A stretch of 35,282 nucleotides of DNA from Candidatus Tayloriibacteriota bacterium (GCA_943350765.1 CALRAJ010000001.1:257066-292347); one strand, 5' to 3'; positions 26,342 through 33,144 are shown, counted from the first letter of the stretch. Program-made: numbers and translations. Notes: generated from the sequence alone by a model not told the origin.

Positions 26342-26911
26342 TCAGAGAGATAAGCCAAAAACTTCTCGTAGCCACTTATCATTTTCAATACTATCAACCA
26401 TCATATAAAGTAAATCTTTTCCGATCTTAAAATCTGCCTTAAGTAAGGTTATTAAATCCTCACAATCATACGGATACACCCAGACACTGTCCTGAAGTCG
26501 AACAAAGCCAATTGCAACCAACGTGCATCTAACCTTGTCCCTGAGTACACGCCGACGCTCACTAATATCAAAAATTAGCACTCGCCATTTTCCGTCCCAT
26601 CTCTTAGGTATTGTCATCTGAAAATCTGATACTTCAAGTTGTCGAAGTCTGGCTTCACCCTTATGGGTCAATTTCAGATAGCCGTCCATATAAAGGAGTA
26701 GCCCAGTGTCAATTAATCGCTTCCGAGATCTATTAACTGTTTCTTTAAACCTGGGTTTAGGAATAAAACCAAACTGAGCAAGAACCTTGAGCATATTTGG
26801 AGCCAATACAGCAACGCTCAGTAATCCAGCCGTAGCAACCGTCTGTAGCACAATCTTTTGTATTGTAACATTACGACCTTTTATTTTTGAAATGCGTTCA
26901 ATTTCTCCCAT
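26342..26911 (-). CDS. PaaX-like regulator: N-terminal winged-helix plus C-terminal Cas2/VapD-like fold domain
   Basis: KRWDGKWRVLIFDISERRRVLRDKVRCTLVAIGFVRLQDSVWVYP matches the WDGxW..v.FDIpe..R..R..lr..L...GF..LQ.SVWv.P pattern of PaaX-C/Cas2-like domains. The start is set at ATG 26911. The ORF-track start is a GTG. Confidence 0.6.
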   Translation of the reverse strand: MGEIERISKIKGRNVTIQKIVLQTVATAGLLSVAVLAPNMLKVLAQFGFIPKPRFKETVNRSRKRLIDTGLLLYMDGYLKLTHKGEARLRQLEVSDFQMTIPKRWDGKWRVLIFDISERRRVLRDKVRCTLVAIGFVRLQDSVWVYPYDCEDLITLLKADFKIGKDLLYMMVDSIENDKWLREVFGLSL

Positions 26912-26947
26912 ACACAAATTATACACGACCGCTGAACATTTGTGTAT
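26908..26947. repeat. 40-nt hairpin-forming repeat, copy 2 (overlaps the start of the PaaX-like gene)
   Basis: CCATACACAAATTATACACGACCGCTGAACATTTGTGTAT. See 26258-26297. Confidence 0.6.
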
Positions 26948-26985
26948 TGGGAAACAACAAAAACCGAGGATAGCGGTTTTTTTGT

Positions 26986-28074
26986 TTACAAACTGAAATT
27001 CTTTACTGAATACAACTCGTCGCTGTTATCATCTGCGTTCTTTTCCTCCTTAGATCGGTCGTCTGCTGGAGCTTCATTTACTATTTCATCGACAGAAATG
27101 GGCGCCAGAGAATCTACTGTAACTTCAGCACCAACTATACCGGCTGTTTCTACCACGGGAGCAGTACTGACAGGGACAGTAGTCGCCACCCCACCTCCCT
27201 GCTTTGCAATATGTTTTAACAAAAGATCATCACCGCCCTTTCTACCTTTATTAGAATTCATAATATCGAGAATCATTCGTAAATCCTCGTTTGAGAAAAA
27301 ATCAATAAGAAGCTGACCTCCGTTTTCTCGACGCTCAATATGCACCCTTGTACCGAGAGAGTCAGTGAGCTTTTGCTCTAGGTCACTCAGTTCTGGGTCT
27401 CGAGCATACTCCTTCTTTCGCACTTTATCGTAGGCAATCTTGCGAGCAATCTGCTCTGCCTCACGCACGGTCAGCTTTTTATACATAATCTCCTTAAAAA
27501 CAGTGAGCTGCTCCGCGGGACGATCGATAAGCATGAGGAGGGGTCGTGTGTGCCCTTCAGTAATCTTACCCTCTGAAAGCGCGTTCAACATTTCTTCAGG
27601 AAGTGCCAAAATACGCAATGTGTTTGAAACATACTCGCGACTTTTACCCATTTTTTCAGCAATCTGAATATGCTTTAGATTAAACTCCTCCAAAAGTCGC
27701 TTAAATGATCTTGCCCTATCCACAGCATTTAAATCTTCTCGTTGGAGATTTTCTATAATAGCCAGCTCGAGTTTGACCCGAGCATCATCAGTATTACTTC
27801 GAATAATAGCCGGCACAGAAGGCACCCCAGCGAGCTTTGAGGCACGCAAACGACGCTCTCCAGAAATTAGCTCATACTCCACCAAAAGACCACCATCCTC
27901 CTTTTGCACCTCTGTACGCGTTACCACAAGTGGCTGGAGAATACCGTACATGCGAATAGACTCCGCGAGATCCTTTAGTCGTGCATCGTCAAACTCCCGT
28001 CTTGGCTGGTATGGATTTGGCTTGATCTTGTCTACATCAATCCAAAATATCGAGTTTCCAAAAAATTCTGCCAT
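26986..28074 (-). CDS. parB: chromosome partitioning protein ParB/Spo0J with a long low-complexity acidic C-terminal tail
   Basis: IKPNPYQPRREFD, LISGERRLRASKLAG (ParB box II) and an HTH region. 362 aa. No parA adjacent. Confidence 0.88.
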   Translation of the reverse strand: MAEFFGNSIFWIDVDKIKPNPYQPRREFDDARLKDLAESIRMYGILQPLVVTRTEVQKEDGGLLVEYELISGERRLRASKLAGVPSVPAIIRSNTDDARVKLELAIIENLQREDLNAVDRARSFKRLLEEFNLKHIQIAEKMGKSREYVSNTLRILALPEEMLNALSEGKITEGHTRPLLMLIDRPAEQLTVFKEIMYKKLTVREAEQIARKIAYDKVRKKEYARDPELSDLEQKLTDSLGTRVHIERRENGGQLLIDFFSNEDLRMILDIMNSNKGRKGGDDLLLKHIAKQGGGVATTVPVSTAPVVETAGIVGAEVTVDSLAPISVDEIVNEAPADDRSKEEKNADDNSDELYSVKNFSL

Positions 28075-28196
28075 GGTTGCTTGTAAATATTAATTTATAT
28101 TAAAAAGTATAGATCAATTTTAGCACACTCAGCTCACAACGCAAAAATTGATTTTTAACCATTTTTTGAGTAGACTGATGATTGAGTAACAAATAT

Positions 28197-28277
28197 GCCG
28201 AAGTGGCGGAATGGCAGACGCAATCGACTCAAAATCGATCGGGGTAACCCATGAGAGTTCGAGTCTCTCCTTCGGCA
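28197..28277 (+). tRNA. tRNA-Leu (anticodon CAA), class II with a long variable arm
   Basis: Acceptor GCCGAAG/CTTCGGC, anticodon stem ATCGA/TCGAT, loop CTCAAAA, T-arm GAGAG-TTCGAGT-CTCTC, discriminator A. CCA is not encoded. Confidence 0.92.
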
Positions 28278-28281
28278 CAAT

Positions 28282-28309
28282 AAAAAATCTCTTTTAGAAG
28301 AGATTTTTT
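28282..28309 (+). terminator. terminator hairpin after tRNA-Leu
   Basis: AAAAAATCTCTT-TTAG-AAGAGATTTTTT forms a 12-bp stem and is symmetric. Confidence 0.7.
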
Positions 28310-28437
28310 ACCGAAGGAAAGACTCGAACTGGAAAGGGGTCGGGAAAAATGGCGTTTTCCCGTGGAGGAAGGCAGCGAGGCCAACGAGCGTCGGAAAACC
28401 GTGGGTTTCCGAGGGGTTCGACTCTCTCCTTCGACCA
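28310..28437 (+). repeat. element derived from the tRNA-Leu 3' end: inverted copy, about 85-nt GC-rich spacer, direct copy ending in CCA
   Basis: The reverse complement of 28310-28329 matches tRNA-Leu positions 28257-28276 at 18 of 20. The 20-nt core GTTCGACTCTCTCCTTCGAC (28416-28435) of the direct copy 28415-28437 matches at 18 of 20. The two arms pair with each other over about 18 bp. The spacer has hairpins GGGAAAA/TTTTCCC and CGGAAA/TTTCCG. Confidence 0.5.
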
Positions 28438-28461
28438 ACCCCTCCAAAATAAACACCCCCC

Positions 28462-29352
28462 ATGAAACCCAAACTCCTCGTAATCTGTGGTCCTACCGCA
28501 ACCGGTAAAAGCGACCTTGCAGTAGAAATAGCAAAAGCTTTTGACGGCGAAATAATCAGTGCCGATTCTAGACAGGTATATACAGGACTAGATATAGGTA
28601 GTGGCAAAATCACTAAAAAAGAAATGTGTGGTATACCTCACCACCTGCTCGATGTTGCTGATCCAAAAGATATTTTTAGTGTTGAAAAATACAAAAATCT
28701 GGCGGAAAAAGCCATCGCAGATATTACCAGTCGAAAAAAGCTCCCAATCCTGTGCGGTGGCACTGGCTTTTATATACATTATGTTATAGACAATATATCT
28801 GTGGTAAAGATAGCTCCAAATAAAAATCTACGAGCCGAGCTAGCCCAAAAAAGCCCATCTGAGCTTTTTACATTACTTCAAACACTTGATCCTATCCGAG
28901 CTAAAAATATTGACCAACAAAATCCAGTACGACTAATCCGTGCCATTGAAATAGCTAAAACCTTAGGAAAAGTGCCACCCATATCTAGCGATACGCCTTA
29001 TACTGTATTACAGATAGGCATTGATTTACCTGATGAGGAGCTGAAATTGAAAATAAAAAGTCGTCTCGAAAATAGACTATTGGCTGGAATGATTGCCGAA
29101 GTAAAAGGGCTTTTTGAGCGAGGGGTATTGTGGCAACGGCTCACTGCTTTTGGACTAGAGTATAGATATGTAGCGAGCTTTTTACAAAAAGAGATTTCAG
29201 AGGAGCAAATGAAAGAAAAGATCCTATCCGAAAGCTGGCAGTATGTAAAACGCCAAAGAACTTGGTTTAGAAAGGACAAAAGGATTGTGTGGCTTCGACC
29301 TGAGGAGAGGGAAAAAATGGACGCCCAGATAAAAGAATTTTTAGGTAAATAA
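28462..29352 (+). CDS. miaA: tRNA dimethylallyltransferase
   Basis: VICGPTATGKSDLAVEIA (P-loop), IISADSRQVYTGLDIGSGK and IPHHLLD are canonical MiaA motifs. Confidence 0.92.
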   Translation: MKPKLLVICGPTATGKSDLAVEIAKAFDGEIISADSRQVYTGLDIGSGKITKKEMCGIPHHLLDVADPKDIFSVEKYKNLAEKAIADITSRKKLPILCGGTGFYIHYVIDNISVVKIAPNKNLRAELAQKSPSELFTLLQTLDPIRAKNIDQQNPVRLIRAIEIAKTLGKVPPISSDTPYTVLQIGIDLPDEELKLKIKSRLENRLLAGMIAEVKGLFERGVLWQRLTAFGLEYRYVASFLQKEISEEQMKEKILSESWQYVKRQRTWFRKDKRIVWLRPEEREKMDAQIKEFLGK

Positions 29353-29358
29353 AGTTTA

Positions 29359-29585
29359 GCCTCGTCCTATCCCCGCAGTAAACTGTACCCTCGGAGTACC
29401 TCAGCGGGTATTAGGCGAGGCATCCGCTTAGCGAGCAGTAGTCGTATGACTACATCAGGGTAAACTTTGTTGCGGTCATACGACCACTACTCGCTCAATC
29501 AGAATTGAGCGGATGTAGAAGTGTCGGCTCCGCCGACTTCATCCTCATTCTTGCGGATTCATCCCCGCGGCAAGCCGTCGGGGTA
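29359..29585. other. GC-rich, densely structured non-coding segment (at least four hairpins), class and strand unknown
   Basis: H1 is 29359-29376/29404-29421. H2 is 29421-29448/29483-29515, with a nested perfect hairpin GCTCAAT-CAGA-ATTGAGC. H3 is GAAGTGTCGGC-TCC-GCCGACTTC. H4 is CCCCGCGG..CCGTCGGGG. The loops of H1 and H2 share GTAAACT. Confidence 0.35.
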
Positions 29586-29599
29586 TTCTCCACAATTGC

Positions 29600-29631
29600 A
29601 ATAAAAAGACCGAATGCACTTGCACTCGGTC
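29600..29631 (-). terminator. rho-independent terminator of the GC-rich two-gene unit
   Basis: Minus-strand hairpin GACCGAGTGCA-AG-TGCATTCGGTC followed by TTTTTATT. Confidence 0.7.
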
Positions 29632-29667
29632 GTGTTTCTGATTTTCCTAACCTAAACTGACAGCGAG

Positions 29668-30843
29668 CTATTCACCCACACCGACTGGTTCGGGCAGGGG
29701 CCCCGGTGAGGGCTGGGGCCTTCCCTCATTCCATGTCGCACTGAACTGGAACCCGTATGGCTCAACGGCATCAGTGCTGTCGCCGATCACCACGACACGG
29801 ATTTTCTGGAAGTACCCGTTGAGGGTTACCTCGCGTAGTGCACTTGAGTAGCCGCCTGTCGCAAGGAGATCCTCGCCGTCGGGTCTGACACCGTAGACCT
29901 CGACGACTGCCCGACCCGACTTGAGGTCGTAGAACCAGAGCGAAACGCCAGCGTCCTGCAGGTCCGCGTAGTAAACGCGGGCTGGGTATAACTTGTCGCC
30001 ACGCTTGAGCGTCGTGGTGAGCTGTTGGTTTTCAAACCAGGCGTTGCGATTAGTCTCGCTGATCGAGATCTCTCGGACACCTTCCGCCCAGCCGATATTT
30101 ATCGGCGAGGTGCTACTTACCATGGGCATGTTACTGCTGAAAGGATCGATGATACCTCGTTGGAGGACTTCCCCAGTCGAAGTATCGACGATCTGGTATC
30201 CTTGATTCCGCAGTAGCGGATCAAGCCACACTGAGAACCCCCCGTCTCGGCTACCGTAGCCGAAGCTGTTGCCGTTTGGCAACATCAGCCGAAGGTTGTT
30301 CGGATTGACCCCCTCAGGCGCTTTATACGCCAGAATCGCACGCTGGTTGACAGGAAGCATCTCAAAACTGATCGCTTCACCGCGCCAGACGCGTGTGAAG
30401 TAATGACCAAAGCTAACTTCTTCGCCCCCAGCTAACCCGACGAGACCGTAGCACCACGCGTTGAAGTCAACGGCCATACCCTCTTTATTCAGAGCCAAAC
30501 CCTTGAGGGGCTTTTGCGGGTCGATGGGAATCTCTACCCCATCGATGACTTGCAGAGTGATGAACCCCTGAAGGTTCAGCTCACACCTGCCGTACACCCA
30601 CCTACTTCCCGGCTCGCCTTTTTCCATCTGGCGGTAGAAGCCGACTTCGAAACGATATTTGACCACCTTCTTCCCGAGCATTGCCGCATCGGCGATACGC
30701 TCGGGGTCTTTCTCCGGATTGACCGCGACCGTGGTGGTCGTGGTCGTACCCCCACCACCTCCCGCGACCCCAAAGGGTGCGAAAAAGGTGAGGACGAGGG
30801 TGGCGATGAGCGCCACGAGGAATGACTTAATTTTGGTTTTCAT
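29668..30843 (-). CDS. secreted or cell-surface hypothetical protein (391 aa) with a signal peptide and a G5T6 linker; markedly G+C-rich
   Basis: MKTKIKSFLVALIATLVLTFFAPFGVAGGGGGTTTTTT. No recognisable domain. By eye its base composition is clearly G+C-richer than the flanking genes. Confidence 0.7.
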   Translation of the reverse strand: MKTKIKSFLVALIATLVLTFFAPFGVAGGGGGTTTTTTVAVNPEKDPERIADAAMLGKKVVKYRFEVGFYRQMEKGEPGSRWVYGRCELNLQGFITLQVIDGVEIPIDPQKPLKGLALNKEGMAVDFNAWCYGLVGLAGGEEVSFGHYFTRVWRGEAISFEMLPVNQRAILAYKAPEGVNPNNLRLMLPNGNSFGYGSRDGGFSVWLDPLLRNQGYQIVDTSTGEVLQRGIIDPFSSNMPMVSSTSPINIGWAEGVREISISETNRNAWFENQQLTTTLKRGDKLYPARVYYADLQDAGVSLWFYDLKSGRAVVEVYGVRPDGEDLLATGGYSSALREVTLNGYFQKIRVVVIGDSTDAVEPYGFQFSATWNEGRPQPSPGPLPEPVGVGE

Positions 30844-30911
30844 TCGATTTTTTCTTTCTGAGTTTTCTGATTTCTGAGTTTTCCGTGTTTACTGGTTTGT
30901 TGTTTGTTCCT

Positions 30912-31259
30912 TTACTTCCCGCCACTACTAGCACCACCCACACCATTGCTGGCGTTATTGGTGCCCGTCGTGACTGAAATTTTACTGAATTGATCAGGGC
31001 TGAAACCCAGCTTACGAAACGTTTCCGCCTGAAGCCTTGCGATTTCCGCACGAGCTTCAGCCTGACGCTTCTGGGGTTGATTGTTGGTCTCCCCACCTGC
31101 CACCATCACAGATACCTTCTTTGGCACTGGTGTAGATGGTAGCTCGATCGGCGTGATCAAGCGGTTTTTGTTTCTGCGACTATCACTAGTCGCAATCATG
31201 AGAAAAATCAGTCCTGCGATGCCCAAAAAGGCACCCCATTGAATCAATTTTTTGAACAT
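30912..31259 (-). CDS. small membrane-anchored hypothetical protein (115 aa)
   Basis: GGAGGA SD lies 10 nt upstream of ATG 31259. N-terminal TM GAFLGIAGLIFLMIA. Gly/Ser/Asn-rich C-terminus. Confidence 0.6.
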   Translation of the reverse strand: MFKKLIQWGAFLGIAGLIFLMIATSDSRRNKNRLITPIELPSTPVPKKVSVMVAGGETNNQPQKRQAEARAEIARLQAETFRKLGFSPDQFSKISVTTGTNNASNGVGGASSGGK

Positions 31260-31474
31260 ATTCCTTTTTCCTCCACTAAACCGTATTTATTTTTCAAAGA
31301 GGCAATGAAAATTGGAATCCTTCGATTCCGCATCACCAACCCTTAGTATAGCATATTGCAAACCTAAAGTCAATAGATACAACCCGCTTTATCGTATATA
31401 CCCTTATTTATAGCCATATCCCGAAACATACCTTGTGATATGGCTCTGGTACATGCTATGATGTACCCCTACGA

Positions 31475-31546
31475 GGGCCTGTAGTTTCAATGGTAAAACA
31501 TCGGTCTCCAAAACTGAGGTTCCGAGTTCGAGTCTCGGCGGGCCCG
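31475..31546 (+). tRNA. tRNA-Trp (anticodon CCA)
   Basis: Acceptor GGGCCTG/CGGGCCC with one G-U pair, D-stem GTTT/AAAC, anticodon stem TCGGT/ACTGA, loop CTCCAAA, T-arm CCGAG-TTCGAGT-CTCGG, discriminator G. Confidence 0.92.
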
Positions 31547-31587
31547 CAGTAAACGGAGTAACGCAAACAGATAACCTAGCCACCCAA

Positions 31588-31626
31588 ATCAACAAAAAAA
31601 CCGCCGAAGGCGGTTTTTTTGTTGAT
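31588..31626. terminator. bidirectional terminator between tRNA-Trp and rpmG
   Basis: ATCAACAAAAAAACCGCC-GAA-GGCGGTTTTTTTGTTGAT is an 18-bp perfect palindrome with A7/T7 tracts. Confidence 0.8.
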
Positions 31627-31642
31627 TTCTGACAACACTTCT

Positions 31643-31807
31643 TTACCCTGTAATCTTTGCCTCCTTGTGCATCGTAGTCTTTTTACAGGTTTTACAAAAC
31701 TTCTTGAGCTCGATCTTTCGCTCAACTTTTTTCTTGTTTTTTGAGGTATAATAGTTTGCGTTCTTGCAATCCTTACACTTTAATCGTAGTAGTCGGTCTT
31801 GTGACAT
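31643..31807 (-). CDS. rpmG: 50S ribosomal protein L33
   Basis: Below the ORF-track cutoff. Hand translation gives MSQDRLLRLKCKDCKNANYYTSKNKKKVERKIELKKFCKTCKKTTMHKEAKITG. It has the CxxC...CxxC zinc-ribbon L33 signature. Confidence 0.88.
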   Translation of the reverse strand: MSQDRLLRLKCKDCKNANYYTSKNKKKVERKIELKKFCKTCKKTTMHKEAKITG

Positions 31808-31871
31808 ATATTTTATTTATCTGAGCAGTATATCTCATCTAGCTATAAAAATCAACTATTCGCCCCTAAGC

Positions 31872-32705
31872 TTACCGATTTTCGGTATATTCCTTAAAAA
31901 GTTTCATTAGAGACTGTGTCACTTTTCCCACCTTGCCGTCAGATATTACTTTACTGTCAACCGACACTATTGGTACGATTTCCTTATAACTTGCAGTAAT
32001 AAAAACCTCATCAGCAGAAAATAGCTCCAGGGTAGTAACATCTCTTTCCACCACCTTGTATATTTTTTGAGCAAGCTCTATCGTCACCCTGCGTGTAATA
32101 CCCATCAACACATTATTTTTAGGAGTAATCACTACTCCGTCTTTTACAATAAAGATGTTGCTTGTAGCAGCCTCGAGTACCAGACCATTTGATACAAAAA
32201 GTATTTCGATTGCGCCTTTTTCTTTTCTTTCCTTTTGTAGTTGTACCGCTGTAATATAGTTTATAGTTTTATATTCTGGCAAGAATCTTTGATGTTCATG
32301 AGTGATGAGAGATGCACCAGAGGTGTATAAAACGGCTGGTAACGAAACATACTCCTCAGCAAGAATATAGAAGGTGGGCTTGGCTTTGTCGTACTCAATA
32401 CCACTCATGGTATTACCTCCAGTCAAAATTATTCGTATGTTGGTTCTTTGAAAACCATTTTTAATATGTAGAGAAATGATAGCCTTTTCAATCTCATCGT
32501 TTGACGCTGGTATGGAGAGGTCGAGGGCTTTTGCCGATAATTGAAAGCGGGTGAGATGATCTGCAAGACGAAAAGGCTGACCGTGGTAGGTAGTAATCCC
32601 CTCGTATATGCCATATCCGCGAAGTAGACCGATGTCGTAAACACTTACCTGTGCCTCTTGTACTGGCAGTATTTTTCCATTTAGATAACAGTAGATTGTT
32701 TTCAT
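31872..32705 (-). CDS. class IV (fold type IV) PLP aminotransferase: branched-chain or D-amino-acid aminotransferase, or ADC lyase-like
   Basis: MKTIYCYLNGKILPVQEAQVSVYDIGLLRGYGIYEGI...FRLADHLTRF...TSNIFIVKDGVVITP is the typical IlvE/Dat family pattern. The start is set at ATG 32705. The ORF-track start is a GTG inside a repeat. Confidence 0.85.
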   Translation of the reverse strand: MKTIYCYLNGKILPVQEAQVSVYDIGLLRGYGIYEGITTYHGQPFRLADHLTRFQLSAKALDLSIPASNDEIEKAIISLHIKNGFQRTNIRIILTGGNTMSGIEYDKAKPTFYILAEEYVSLPAVLYTSGASLITHEHQRFLPEYKTINYITAVQLQKERKEKGAIEILFVSNGLVLEAATSNIFIVKDGVVITPKNNVLMGITRRVTIELAQKIYKVVERDVTTLELFSADEVFITASYKEIVPIVSVDSKVISDGKVGKVTQSLMKLFKEYTENR

Positions 32706-32744
32706 AGGTTTGATTATTACTATAGCACAGAGAGAGAAAAATAA

Positions 32745-32919
32745 CCCCAAATTACGAAATACTTTATCGGCACACCTTTTAAATGGCACGAGTATTTTTC
32801 TGTTGAAAAATCTCTCAAGTCTCGGCTACCTCGTCCTGCGCCGTCTACAGGAACACATCATCTACCGATGTGAAAGTCCATTTAAAAGATACGCCTTCAA
32901 CGCATTTCGTAATTTGGGG
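32745..32919. repeat. imperfect 42-nt inverted repeats enclosing about 90 bp, upstream of the aminotransferase gene
   Basis: Arms 32745-32786 and 32878-32919. CCCCAAATTACGAAAT (left) and CCTTTTAAATGG (left) have perfect reverse complements ATTTCGTAATTTGGGG and CCATTTAAAAG in the right arm. The centres of the arms have diverged. Confidence 0.6.
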
Positions 32920-32941
32920 TGGTTAGGCGTTTTTTGTATGC

Positions 32942-33032
32942 CGCCGGGTTGGACTCGCCTCTTGCACTGCTGTGCTCGAGACCTACACTCGCTCTTCGCG
33001 AGTTGCGGCCCGCGGTTCGAGTCCAACCCGGC
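32942..33032. repeat. element derived from the tRNA-Tyr 3' end: direct copy (distal), about 56-nt spacer, inverted copy (proximal)
   Basis: 33014-33032 GGTTCGAGTCCAACCCGGC equals the tRNA-Tyr T-arm/acceptor at 19 of 19 but lies on the opposite strand. 32942-32957 equals it at 16 of 16 on the same strand. The two copies pair over 14 bp. Confidence 0.5.
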
Positions 33033-33037
33033 AAAAC

Positions 33038-33059
33038 AAAAACCCCTTTCGGGGTTTTT
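33038..33059. terminator. bidirectional terminator abutting the tRNA-Tyr 3' end
   Basis: AAAAACCCC-TTTC-GGGGTTTTT. Confidence 0.7.
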
Positions 33060-33144
33060 TGGTGCGCCGGGTTGGACTCGAACCAACGATGCCCGAAGGC
33101 GGGAGATTTACAGTCTCCTGAAATAGCCGCTATTCGACCGGCGC
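33060..33144 (-). tRNA. tRNA-Tyr (anticodon GTA), class II with a long variable arm and encoded CCA
   Basis: The minus strand reads GCGCCGG..GGAGA-CTGTAAA-TCTCC..variable arm CGCCTTCGGGCATC..GTTGG-TTCGAGT-CCAAC-CCGGCGC-A-CCA. Confidence 0.9.

Noticed and set aside
28330-28414. SRP (4.5S) RNA-like sequence GGAGGAAGGCAGCGAGG in the spacer after tRNA-Leu.
   Set aside because: It only loosely resembles the conserved GGAAGGAAGCAGCC, with an extra G. The 5'-side partner GGUCAGGUCC is not in register. The helix is closed by tRNA-derived arms rather than an SRP helix-5-like stem.
32906-32930. T-box-like sequence AATTTGGGGTGGTTAGGCG followed by a T-run.
   Set aside because: It deviates from the GGGUGGUACCGCG core. 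It lies on the plus strand with no downstream plus-strand gene, and it is explained as one arm of the 32745-32919 inverted repeat.
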